From NCBI GenBank assembly GCA_000165345.1, contig CM000436.1:1120001-1184000 (forward strand): a stretch of 64,000 bases of DNA, in the 5' to 3' direction. The notes under the pieces are model-generated. The model had not been told where the DNA came from. It did no database searches and saw nothing but the letters and a program-made list of their open reading frames with translations. Shown here piece after piece: positions 49,694-60,167 of the stretch. The stretch's first letter is position 1. Each line of letters begins with the position of its first letter. A program made the position numbers and the translations under genes.

Positions 49694-51058
49694 ATGCCTA
49701 TAGATATTAATAGAATTAGAGTGGAGAAAGGTGGAGATTATCAAAAGATAGCCGAGTCAGAAATGGCAAGGTATAAAGGACTAGAAACTCTTGAGGAACT
49801 CGTTAAAGTAGATCAGAAATGGAGAGAGGATATGTTTAAATTAGAGCAAAGCAAAAAGGAGTTAAATTCAATTTCAAAAGAAATTGCTCAAATTAAAAAG
49901 AAAGATCCAAAGGCAGATTGCAAGGATTTACAAGACAAAAGCGTTCAATTAAAGAAGAATCTTCCAATTATCGAGAAACAAGCATTGGAAACTGAAGAAG
50001 TAAGAGATAAGTTATGGCATAAAATTGGTAATGTCTTACAACCTGATGTTCCTATTTCCAATACAGAGGATGACAACCTTGTATTGAGAACATGGGGAGA
50101 AATACCAGATATTAAGGTTGATGGAACACCAGGGAAATTGCATCACAATGAAATCATGTCCAGATTAGGATTCTATGATAGTGTGAAAGGTGCAGAATTA
50201 GCAGGCCATCGTGGTTACTTTTTAAAGGATTATGGTGTAATAATGAGTATGGCTCTCTCACATTATGCTATGGGATTCTTGTTAAAAAAAGGATATTTGG
50301 CAATTCAACCGCCATACTTTATGAAAAGAGATTTGATGGGTAAAGCAGCTGAATTGCAGGACTTTGAGGAGACACTTTATCACATTCCTTCTGATAACAG
50401 CAAAGGCGAGGTTGATTCAAATAGCTTATTTTTGATTGCAACATCTGAGCAACCAATAGCTGCAATGCATCATAATGTGACACTTGAAGATAAGGACTTA
50501 CCAATCAAATATGCTGGTATTTCAACATGCTTTAGAAAAGAGGCAGGCGCTCATGGTAAAGATACCTGGGGAATATTTAGAATTCATCAATTTGAAAAAG
50601 TTGAGCAATTCTGTGTTACTTTACCAGAAGACTCACAAAAGATTCATGAGGAAATGATTAGCATTTCCGAGGAATTTTATCAATCTTTGGAATTACCTTA
50701 TAGAGTAATTTCAATCGTATCAGGAGCGCTTAATGACGCTGCATCGAAAAAGTATGATTTAGAAGCTTGGTTCCCCGGATATAACTCATATAGGGAACTT
50801 GTTTCATGCTCAAACTGTACTGATTACCAATCTAGAGCGCTTGAATGTCGTCTGGGATTCAGAAAAGAAGGAGAGCGTGAAAAACATTACTGCCATTTCC
50901 TAAACGGTACTTTATGTGCAATCCAAAGAACAATGTGCTGTATTGTTGAAAACTATCAAACTCCAGATGGTCTTAGAATACCAAAAGTCTTACAGCCTTA
51001 TATGAATGGCGTCGAATTCATTCCATTCAAAAACGAAACCGCTACTTGTGCCAATTAG
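49694..51058 (+). CDS. Seryl-tRNA synthetase (class II), cytosolic type, 454 aa
   Basis: N-terminal MPIDINRIRVEKGG, typical of the SerRS coiled-coil arm. Class II motifs: motif 2 FRKEAGAHGKDTWGIFRIHQFEKVEQF, motif 3 GTLCAIQRTMCCIVENYQ. Confidence 0.85.
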   Translation: MPIDINRIRVEKGGDYQKIAESEMARYKGLETLEELVKVDQKWREDMFKLEQSKKELNSISKEIAQIKKKDPKADCKDLQDKSVQLKKNLPIIEKQALETEEVRDKLWHKIGNVLQPDVPISNTEDDNLVLRTWGEIPDIKVDGTPGKLHHNEIMSRLGFYDSVKGAELAGHRGYFLKDYGVIMSMALSHYAMGFLLKKGYLAIQPPYFMKRDLMGKAAELQDFEETLYHIPSDNSKGEVDSNSLFLIATSEQPIAAMHHNVTLEDKDLPIKYAGISTCFRKEAGAHGKDTWGIFRIHQFEKVEQFCVTLPEDSQKIHEEMISISEEFYQSLELPYRVISIVSGALNDAASKKYDLEAWFPGYNSYRELVSCSNCTDYQSRALECRLGFRKEGEREKHYCHFLNGTLCAIQRTMCCIVENYQTPDGLRIPKVLQPYMNGVEFIPFKNETATCAN

Positions 51059-51219
51059 TCTTTTTTTAGCATACGTGGGAAGGCGGGCTTTTCCCAACAT
51101 AGAATTGCATGCAAACTTAAATATATATAGGAAATATTCACAAAATTATAAATATGAACAATTAAGTTTGTGAAATTTAGAAAATCTATATTTTAACACT
51201 AGAATTTAATAAGTTATTT

Positions 51220-52908
51220 CTAAATACGGCTTGGAGGCTTTCTTTCCCAAATTATTTCTCCCTCTTCTCCTATTATAAGATCGTCCACGTAATAGGGAAT
51301 ACAAAAGATTGCCATATTATATATATGCCCCTTAGAAAATGGAGAGTTTTGCGTATCTGGAAATGGTTTTAGATATGAAATCTTATTCCATGCAAGATTC
51401 TCCCAAGTAGTTAAGTTATTATAGGCAAGAAAAAGGTGATATATAACAAGCAATAGAGAGAGAAAAGCAATAAAGAGTGCATTCCCAGCAATGAAAATCA
51501 TTGAGCAAATATCAAAGATTGTTAGGCGGCTACCATTCAGATCTGCTTTGAATAGACAAATTGAGATACAATAAAGAATCCAAATACACTCGGGAAATTG
51601 AACAAGCGAAAGCCACCAAAATTTGCATCTATTATATTCACCAATGCATACACCAAGCCAAGGACAATGGTGATCATGGGTCCGAATACATCTTTCACAA
51701 GAAGTACAATGCTTTGTACGAAGAGGTTGATACATTCTGCAATAATCACAAAATCTTAACCTAACTCCATTCTGATACATTTTCCCCTCTTTAAAGACAA
51801 AGTAGCCATCATTACTTTGAAAACAGCTATTTTTGAGACTATTACCACTCATTTCTCTTCTTGGTAGGAGATCAATGCCGTCTGAAGAACATGGAGAAAG
51901 CGGAAATGATAAACTATTACTATTCAAATTTGATACTGGATGAGTTAGTTGTTCCAATTTTGGTGTTTTTTGATCCATATCATTAAAATTTAATTTAAAA
52001 GTTGATCCTTCTTCATTTAAGTTTCCCCTGTCAATAAAGCTACATTCAGGAGATTTATTATCACCATCTATAAGATCTATAGATAATTTGCAGCATTCCG
52101 AGCTATTATTACTTAACAAGTTATCCAAGATCCTATTATTATTCAAAGAAAACTGAGAAACTCCTATTGAATTTAGAAGTTGTCCAGGCGCACTTTCCAT
52201 TACTAAACTTAAACTAGCTGTGCTTTTATCAATTCTTATTGGAGATTTTATCAAATTACTTGTATTTAAAAGTGGGAAAGATGTGGTACCGCTTCCCAGT
52301 CTTAAAATACTGTTTGATAAATTTAAATCATTTGTATTTGAATCGCATCTAGAATCAGCCAATGATTTATCATCCAAAATCTCAAAACTAGAGTTATTGA
52401 TTGATTCATTTATAGTCTGTAAATTATTTATTGACCCAGCTTCAAGGTCAAATTCATCAAATTCTTCATCCCTTTCTTCATCTGAAGATCCAAATATATC
52501 ACTATTACTTATTTTTTTTTCATTAGTGCCTCTTTTCAAATTTCTTAATTCCAAATTAAATTTTAGTTTTAATGGATCCCTAATTTTGTCCACTGGTTTC
52601 AATTTTGTTGATGGACAACTTTTCAGGTATCCTGGATCTCCAAACGATATTAATATATATAAAGTATAATTTAACATACCAAATATTAAAGAGTAAACTA
52701 TTAAAAAAGGAGCATTATTTATATACCAATCATTACTTGTATTATTTAACAACAACCATACTGGATAATATGCATATAATCTAAGTATACATACAAATAT
52801 ACCTGTAATATTCCAATTATTCTTTGAATTCACAATAAAACGAGATGGTAACAATCCCAGAGGGTTATCTGTATATGATGATAAGTCATTCTCCTTGTAT
52901 CTTACCAT
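51220..52908 (-). CDS. DHHC-type protein S-acyl (palmitoyl) transferase with a long low-complexity insert
   Basis: CDYCRMYQPLRTKHCTSCERCIRTHDHHCPWLGVCIGEYN is the DHHC cysteine-rich domain. It is flanked by transmembrane helices. Confidence 0.8.
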   Translation of the reverse strand: MVRYKENDLSSYTDNPLGLLPSRFIVNSKNNWNITGIFVCILRLYAYYPVWLLLNNTSNDWYINNAPFLIVYSLIFGMLNYTLYILISFGDPGYLKSCPSTKLKPVDKIRDPLKLKFNLELRNLKRGTNEKKISNSDIFGSSDEERDEEFDEFDLEAGSINNLQTINESINNSSFEILDDKSLADSRCDSNTNDLNLSNSILRLGSGTTSFPLLNTSNLIKSPIRIDKSTASLSLVMESAPGQLLNSIGVSQFSLNNNRILDNLLSNNSSECCKLSIDLIDGDNKSPECSFIDRGNLNEEGSTFKLNFNDMDQKTPKLEQLTHPVSNLNSNSLSFPLSPCSSDGIDLLPRREMSGNSLKNSCFQSNDGYFVFKEGKMYQNGVRLRFCDYCRMYQPLRTKHCTSCERCIRTHDHHCPWLGVCIGEYNRCKFWWLSLVQFPECIWILYCISICLFKADLNGSRLTIFDICSMIFIAGNALFIAFLSLLLVIYHLFLAYNNLTTWENLAWNKISYLKPFPDTQNSPFSKGHIYNMAIFCIPYYVDDLIIGEEGEIIWERKPPSRI

Positions 52909-53737
52909 ATCATTATTTTTCTTTTTTTTCCCTTAGTAAAATAGATTTCTGTTTTCAATATAGTTTACTTTTTATTTTACTTTAACTTTTATTCTTTATT
53001 TTATACTTATATTTTGATAAGCCTATTTAGTTACTTACCTTAACACACTTCCCCCCACTAAAAAAAAAGCCAAGAATATTAATATCAAGTGATTAATATT
53101 TCACTAAATAGATTTTCAAATCACACAGATCTCAAGGGAATAGTGTCAGATTACCTTATTTTCTCGAAATTCTAATTTTTTTTAATACTTAATTAAATTT
53201 GTTTATTGCTTTAGCATGCACACCATTTAAGAATATTTACTAATACCTTAATTTCTGACCTAAATGTGTGTAATACAACAAATAACTTGCCAGGACTCTT
53301 TTATTCTTATAATAAACCTTTAAAATATTATCAAGATGTATTATATATATATATTTTTTAGTTACACCTTCTTTAACCCGGCCTTTGAAAATTTAAATAT
53401 TTCAATTTAGTATTCATCCTTTTTTTTTTTTTTTCAAATTACCCCATCAATTGCATTTCACAGTTTACCGCCAAGTCCCTGCCTACAAATGTGAGAGTTC
53501 CCGCCTTTAATTAACAGTTTTGGCGGGAGCTGATTGTTAGTCTTCGAGAACTGAGCGCGTAAATGTGGAATTGGGGCAAAAATGCATATATACTATCGGT
53601 TGGGACCGGAGAGGGGTAAATGGGATCTTATAAGGAGAAAAAAAAAAGAAAGAAGAATAGTATTGTCTTTGAAGTGATCATTTAATTGTTTGTTATTGAT
53701 TTTTTTTCTATTTGTTTATATCACCTAATAGTATGAA

Positions 53738-54813
53738 ATGCAAGTAGAATTAGATTTAAAGAAAAGATTGGAAATAAATGATACTTGTATATTATGGTGC
53801 ACCTTGGATGTGTTTGATAATTTGGACTTTAGTAATTTGATTAACAAATTAAGACTCGAAGTATTGGAAGATGAAGAGTTTGAAAGAATTTTAAGGTTAG
53901 TTATAAATTATTCATAGTTTAATCAAAAATTATTATGAAGGATTAATGTTAAATTGACTTATTTTATTACTTAAATTAGGTATAAAATTCTGGATGATAG
54001 AAAAAGATCTTTATTAAGTGTATTATTAATGAAATTAGCCTTAATGAATTACTATGATATTTCACCAAAACAGGTAAAAATAATTCGTGAAAAAGGAATG
54101 AAGCCGTATTTTAAATATGACTCGGAAAGTGATTCATTACTGCATTTTAATGTTTCACATGATGGAGATGTTGTGGTGATTATTTTGTCTAAATATATGG
54201 TTGGAATTGATATTATGAAAACCGAGTTATCACCTTCCAGAGTTCAGTTATCAAATAATATTATGGAAGCAAATGAGAAATTTTTGAATAATATGAAAAA
54301 TGTTTTCCATCCATCTGAGTGGGAATATATTCAGAAAGATATCTCAAAATTTATGCATTATTGGACAATTAAAGAGTCATTTGTAAAATATATTGGGCTA
54401 GGGCTTTATGTTGATCCAAGAAGGCTATTAATAGATTCAAGTTTAGTAAAAGAAAATCATCAATGTAATTTGAATTCTCCCTATTTAAAACAAAGTAATA
54501 TATATCTGGACAATCAATTACAGGTAAGGAAATCAATTTTGTTAAATATAAGTATATATATATTAATTAATGCTACTGAATATGTTAAATTAATTTATTG
54601 TCTTATTTTCAGAATTGTGAGATCTATTCATCTAACAAAATTATTTCCAATTATTATATTTCTTTCTGTATATCAGAAAGTTATTCTCAGAAATTCAACA
54701 CATACAATATTTCTAGCGATCAAGTTAAGTATATTAATGAGTTTAAGAGATCACAACTTTGTAAAAATTCTACTATAAAGGTAAGCTCATATTTCTTAGT
54801 ACTTTCTAATTAA
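53738..54813 (+). CDS. Sfp/Lys5-type 4'-phosphopantetheinyl transferase (AASDHPPT-like); spliced (3, possibly 4 exons)
   Basis: Exon 1 53738-53895 (MQVELDLKKRLEINDTCILWCTLDV...EEFERIL-), donor GTTAGT. Exon 2 53980-54523 contains FNVSHDGDVVVI...GIDIM and WTIKESFVKYIGLG (PPTase motifs G-x-D and W-x-x-KE-S/A-x-x-K); donor GTAAGG at 54524. Exon 3 54613-54780+. The 3' end is uncertain: either read-through to TAA 54811-54813, or a further intron (donor GTAAGC at 54781) whose acceptor phase I could not reconcile. Confidence 0.6.
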
Positions 54814-55261
54814 ACTCTGAACTAGATTTGACTCTTTTTTTAACATTATTATTATTACTATATATAGATACATACTCAGCAACTAAAAGTAATGAATTTT
54901 TTTTCCTTTTGATACACTCTCAAGATAATGTAATATTCAATATTATCACACAGAAAATATCTAGAAATTTGAAGAAAATTCATATATCAGTAGCCACACT
55001 ACTATTTCATATTTCTAAACTTAAAGAACTCTTATATTTTATGGTGATGATGATTTTGATTTCTTTAACCATTTTTACTTTTTTCAATTAATATATTATC
55101 GCTCGTAATAATTAAAAAAAAAAACAAAATTACCCGCCAAAACCCTCACAGTGATTAGTGCATTTTTGCAGAGGAAAAAAAATTAATACCTAAATAAAAT
55201 TAATTAATTTACTATTTTCAAGCACAGAATAATTAGTTAAATTAAATATAAGAGAATCAGG

Positions 55262-55549
55262 ATGTTAGTAAACACAGATGTTGATATTTCAAATGAATTA
55301 GAATCTATGTCCATTTTAAGGCCAAAGTACCCAACACATGTAGTGACTAAACAAGGAATAGAGTTAAGAAGTTCATCTTATGGAGTTGAAGATAGAGAGG
55401 GTAATATTGGTGAATTATTAGCAGTAACTCAGATCACAGGAGTTGTTTATATGACATTTGATTCTTCTGGAAGGCTTTATTCAATTGAAAAAGATATTGC
55501 AAGAGAATTTCTTGGAGAGTTGCAGGATGAAAAGATGAGTTGGGAATAA
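55262..55549 (+). CDS. Small hypothetical protein (95 aa)
   Basis: Uninterrupted ORF with coding-like composition. An E2F-like CCCGCC site lies about 125 bp upstream. No family recognised. Confidence 0.3.
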   Translation: MLVNTDVDISNELESMSILRPKYPTHVVTKQGIELRSSSYGVEDREGNIGELLAVTQITGVVYMTFDSSGRLYSIEKDIAREFLGELQDEKMSWE

Positions 55550-55986
55550 GCCTAAGAATATTTAGGTTAATTTTGGTAGAATTTGAAAGAGGTTGGGATC
55601 AGCTTTAAGAGAGGAGAGAAAGGAATAATCAAGAAGCTGAATAGTTATTAGTAAAATATTAATTTTACTAATTTAATAAAAGGAGAGAAAAAAAAAATCT
55701 GTAAGGAGGTAGCTACTTAAAATTACTATTTGAATTTTTATTCCTTGATAAGAAATGTTTGTCAAATAAAAATGAGATGAAATTTGGAACTGGTTAGAGA
55801 TTTATTTGATCTAGATTTGTAGATGTATAAGTCCTTTTCTATCATTTATACTACTAATTCTCCTTCTCTTCCTTCATATTTACTCATTAAAATTACGTAA
55901 TAAATAAATTTCAGATTAATTATTATGTACATTTTTTTTAAGTTTTTTTTAATTATATCACTTTTTTATCGAAGTGACTTATTCTA

Positions 55987-56068
55987 GGCAAAGTGCTCGA
56001 GTGGTTAAGAGGTCAGTCTCGAAAACTGATAGCGTTTCGCTGCGCAGGTTCGAATCCTGCCTTTGTCG
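55987..56068 (+). tRNA. tRNA-Ser (anticodon CGA), type II with long variable arm
   Basis: Acceptor stem GGCAAAG/CTTTGTC with discriminator G. D-loop GTGGTTAAG. Anticodon stem TCAGT/ACTGA with loop CTCGAAA (anticodon CGA). Long variable arm. T-arm GCAGG-TTCGAATC-CTGC. Immediately followed by a T6 Pol III terminator. Confidence 0.85.
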
Positions 56069-56069
56069 G

Positions 56070-56075
56070 TTTTTT
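56070..56075 (+). terminator. Pol III oligo-T terminator of tRNA-Ser
   Basis: TTTTTT run directly after the tRNA 3' end. Confidence 0.6.
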
Positions 56076-56322
56076 CCCCCCTATATAATTGGTAATAATT
56101 GGAGAAGAATCAAATTAATTGAAAAAATGAGGGAAATGGAGTGAAGAAAATGAAAAGGAATGTAGTAAAAAAATATTATGTATAACTAAGTGAATCAAAT
56201 GATCGTAAATATACTTTAGTATATTTTATCCTTTATATGCTATTATGGTTGATTTAAAAAGAAAGATAATTAAAATTCTTTTTATTTTTCCTATATTATA
56301 GGAATATTAAAGTTATCTACTA

Positions 56323-57882
56323 TCAAGATCTTAAAGACTTAAGGATCTGCTCAAGATGTTCGAGATCCTTGTCAATTAGTTGAATATTACAATCATAATA
56401 ATCTTGAATTTGTTGAATTAAAGAAAGCTGATGAGGAAGAATAAAGTTAATAGATATACCATTTAATCCAAATCTTCCAGTTCTTCCAATTCTATGCAAA
56501 TATGTCTCATTTTCAACTTGAACTGAAGATGTCTGATTAACAATATCAATAGAATTTGTGGAGCTGAATCTGACAGGAATATCAAAATTAATCACAAGAG
56601 TGACTTGAGGAACATCAATACCTCTTGATAAAACATCAGTAGCAATTAAAACTTTGCTTTCACCTGATCTAAATGAATCCATAACTTGATCACGAATTTC
56701 ATGATCCATTTTCTCACCAGAATTAGTTTGGGTACCACATATAACAGAAATTGCATGTCCATCTCTTCTCATATTTTCAGCTATAGAAAAGGCTGTTTTT
56801 CTAGTATTAACAAAAATGATAGACTGTCCAATTGACATACAAGCATACAAATCTGATAAAAATGAAAGCTTATCAGCATCATCATTACAAATTACATAGA
56901 ACTGTTGAATAGTATTCAATGTTAACTCTTCTTTTTTAACATTAATTTTATTTGCATTGGGTACAATCTTTTCAGCAAAAAGACGAACTTCCTCGTGGTA
57001 AGTTGCACTGAATAAAAGGATTTGTAAATTTTGTCTAAAGAATTTCCTGATTTGTCCAACTTGAGAAGCCATCATATTTCTATGATCAATCATTTCATCA
57101 GCTTCATCAATAACCATTAACTTCATAAATTCTGTTGGAAAAGATCTTTTCTTTAAAAAGTCTTGCATTTTTCCAGGAGTACATATAATTATCTGAGATC
57201 CAATAGTCTTATCGTATTTATCTCCTTGAGCAACAACAAGCCATGTTGTGATTCCTGTAAACTTTCCAAGTTCATTTACAACATCCTGGTTTTGACGTGC
57301 AAGCTCTCTAGTTGGACATAAACACATACATTGGGGATGAATAATCCTTGTATCAACTTTCCCCAACATAGCTAAAGCAAAAGTCGCAGTTTTACCACTT
57401 CCATTATGAGCTTGAGCAATTAAATTCATTGGTGAATTTAATATGAGTGGTAATGCTGCAGCTTGAATCTTAGATGGACGATTAAAACCTTTATTATAAA
57501 TACCTTTAAGTAGATCAGGTGAAAGATTAAGATCTGACCAATCTTTCGCAGAATACAGCTGAGCTTTAGGATCTACAGTTTGAACTGATATTGATGAGTT
57601 ATTTTGAACATCTCTAAATTGAAAAGCAGAATTATCGCTTTTTGGAGACTTAAAATCATCTATATCATCATTTTCAGTGTCTTTCCTTTCCATATCGTCT
57701 TCTTTAGATGTTCTTTCTTCCTCTTCTTGAACCTTTTTTGAATCTTCTAATTGAGAATTTGATGAAGTAATATTCTTAAAATATTCCTTAAGTTCATCTA
57801 CATTTGCAACTTCTCCATTTTCCTCTGTTTCTATCCTACTAGAGTTGCTATTGTTAATAACGGAATCTTCAGTTGACATCAA
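56323..57882 (-). CDS. DBP5: Dbp5/DDX19-type DEAD-box RNA helicase (mRNA export)
   Basis: Q motif F..L.L...LLKGIY..GF..PSKIQ. Motif I is PMNLIAQAHNGSGKTATF, and the xNLIAQSQSGTGKTAAF form is characteristic of Dbp5. Also VIDEADEM (DEAD box), LFSAT, HRIGRTGRFG. Confidence 0.8.
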   Translation of the reverse strand: MMSTEDSVINNSNSSRIETEENGEVANVDELKEYFKNITSSNSQLEDSKKVQEEEERTSKEDDMERKDTENDDIDDFKSPKSDNSAFQFRDVQNNSSISVQTVDPKAQLYSAKDWSDLNLSPDLLKGIYNKGFNRPSKIQAAALPLILNSPMNLIAQAHNGSGKTATFALAMLGKVDTRIIHPQCMCLCPTRELARQNQDVVNELGKFTGITTWLVVAQGDKYDKTIGSQIIICTPGKMQDFLKKRSFPTEFMKLMVIDEADEMIDHRNMMASQVGQIRKFFRQNLQILLFSATYHEEVRLFAEKIVPNANKINVKKEELTLNTIQQFYVICNDDADKLSFLSDLYACMSIGQSIIFVNTRKTAFSIAENMRRDGHAISVICGTQTNSGEKMDHEIRDQVMDSFRSGESKVLIATDVLSRGIDVPQVTLVINFDIPVRFSSTNSIDIVNQTSSVQVENETYLHRIGRTGRFGLNGISINFILPHQLSLIQQIQDYYDCNIQLIDKDLEHLEQILKSLRS

Positions 57883-58171
57883 GGCTTACTTCACTCTCCA
57901 AATCTTTTCTTGATATATATTCAAAGTGATAATTTTCGTATCGGGACAAATTCCAAGTAGCTGCAATTCAAATATATTACTATTGTAATGCTTGAATTAC
58001 TGATATAATAATCAAATCTAGATGAAAAATAGTAAATAAATTCCCTTCCTCTGATCTTTTAGATTATTGATTATTATTCTAATTCCTTTTGTTCCACCCC
58101 CTAGAAAGAATTTTTTTTAAATATTAACCTTCCTTTATTCTTTTCTTCCTTAATAATTCGGTACCAGTTTC

Positions 58172-58191
58172 GGCGCCAGACCTTTGGCGGG
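58172..58191. promoter_or_regulatory. E2F-like pair TTTCGGCGCCAG ... TTTGGCGGGC in the DBP5/PRMT1 divergent promoter
   Basis: Read directly. Confidence 0.5.
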
Positions 58192-58405
58192 CATATTAAA
58201 GACATTATAATGTCAAATATTTTGTGATGAAAAAAGAGGAAAATTTGCAGAGAAAATTAGGTGGAGAAAAAATACTTTAATTTGGTTAAAGTAGATTCTT
58301 TTAAAGGAAGGATTTAGGGTATTAATATTAAAATTATTTGAATAAATAGTTTTAACTAAAAATTAAAAAAATAGTGGAATTGGGTTGAGTTTATTATATT
58401 GAATA

Positions 58406-59452
58406 ATGATTAAACCAACAGAAGAAGAGCTTAAAGAGTTTAAGAACTCCTGGAATCCATTAGTTCAAGAGGATATTAGCAGTGCAGATTATTACTTTAA
58501 TTCTTATGCTCATTTTGGAATACATGAAGAAATGTTAAAAGATTCAGTCAGAACTGGTTCATACCAGAAGGCCATAATGTCTAATAAACATTTGTTCCAA
58601 GATAAGATTGTCTTGGATGTAGGAAGTGGTACAGGAATTCTATGTATGTTTGCTGCAATGGCAGGAGCAAAGCACGTATATGGTATAGAATGTTCAGAAA
58701 TTGTACATGTTGCCAGAAATATAATTAAGGATAATAATCTATCTGATAAGATTACCTTTATACAGAGTAAAGCTGAAGAAGCTGTTCTTCCTGTAGAAAA
58801 GGTTGATATTATCATTTCCGAATGGATGGGATATTTACTATTATATGAATCTATGTTGGATACTGTATTATTTTGCAGAGATAAATGGCTTAAGGAAGAT
58901 GGTTTAATCTTCCCAGATAGAGCACAAATGTATATTGCAGGTATCGAAGATGCTGAATATAAACAAGAAAAGCTTGGATATTGGAATAATGTTTATGGAT
59001 TTAATTATCAATATGTCAAACCTTGTATTATGGAAGAACCAATAATAGATACCGTTGGAGAGAATGCTGTTAATACAAGCTCTTATTGTATTCTTGATAT
59101 TGACCTTTACAAGTGTAAGAAAGAAGACTTAGAATTTGTATCTCCTTTTTATCTTAAGGCTGCTAGAAAAGACTTTGTTCATGCTTTCATTGTATGGTTT
59201 GATATCATTTTTGGATGTGGTCATAAACCTGTTACTTTTACTACAAGCCCTTTTGGGAAATATACTCATTGGAAACAATCAGTATTCTACTTTGAAGAAG
59301 ATCTTGTTTGCGATACTAATGATATGATTTCAGGAATATTTGCTTTAAAGAAGAACACTAAAAATGTCCGAGATCTTGACATTAAAATCAAATTCAACTT
59401 TACAAAAAATAATTCTTCTATTGAAAGGATTAACTATTATAGACTAAGGTAA
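58406..59452 (+). CDS. PRMT1: Protein arginine N-methyltransferase, type I (PRMT1-like)
   Basis: VLDVGSGTGILCMFAAMAGA (SAM motif I), IISEWMGY (double-E loop), and the THW loop (KYTHWKQ). Confidence 0.85.
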   Translation: MIKPTEEELKEFKNSWNPLVQEDISSADYYFNSYAHFGIHEEMLKDSVRTGSYQKAIMSNKHLFQDKIVLDVGSGTGILCMFAAMAGAKHVYGIECSEIVHVARNIIKDNNLSDKITFIQSKAEEAVLPVEKVDIIISEWMGYLLLYESMLDTVLFCRDKWLKEDGLIFPDRAQMYIAGIEDAEYKQEKLGYWNNVYGFNYQYVKPCIMEEPIIDTVGENAVNTSSYCILDIDLYKCKKEDLEFVSPFYLKAARKDFVHAFIVWFDIIFGCGHKPVTFTTSPFGKYTHWKQSVFYFEEDLVCDTNDMISGIFALKKNTKNVRDLDIKIKFNFTKNNSSIERINYYRLR

Positions 59453-60167
59453 AAGCTTTAACATGATTGTTTTGTATGCTCTTTTCAATCATTAGTTATT
59501 ATTATTTTACAATATAAAGGTGAAACATAAACTTACAGATTCTTAAATTGAATATTTTATACACTCTTATTATGTATTTTTATGCTTTAATTCAATGATA
59601 TTTTGTATCTATTTACCACTATTCTTACTGCTTCTTATAACATTAACATTTATTTGAATTAATTTACATGCAATCTGATCTGATTATAACATAGTCATTC
59701 CAAAACATATAAAAGAATTATTCTAGACTAAATGAACCAAACTATTCAAAACTAACTAAATTAAATCTCCATATCTACTGTAATTGTTTCTATAAATTCT
59801 TTCTTTTTTTATTTACAATATTTGATCATGTATTTATATGTGTGGTTTCCCGCCGGCGCGCAACCACTTTAAAGGTATCGAAGTAATATATGAAATTATG
59901 TAGATGGAAAAAAAAATAAAAGAAAAAAAGAAAATAGCAATTTAGACAAATTATAAATATTTAAAATTGAATCTTGATTACAAGTATTTGAGCTTTTTAG
60001 GACAAATTGAGGGGGAGTAAAGCTAAGGCTTCGGATAAGGATACTTTGAAACCTTATTGTAGGAGTGTTAGGGAGAAATTTAATAAGGCCCTGCTCCTTA
60101 CAACAATAAACCTTTATTGGTTTAGTAATGAGAGTTTACTTCATCTGAACAAACGGAGGAGTCTAGA

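Noticed and set aside
54828-55091. ORF 54828-55091 as the last exon of the PPTase gene
   Set aside because: I could not find an AG acceptor placing it in the correct phase after the exon ending at 54780. It is kept only as a possibility in the PPTase feature note.
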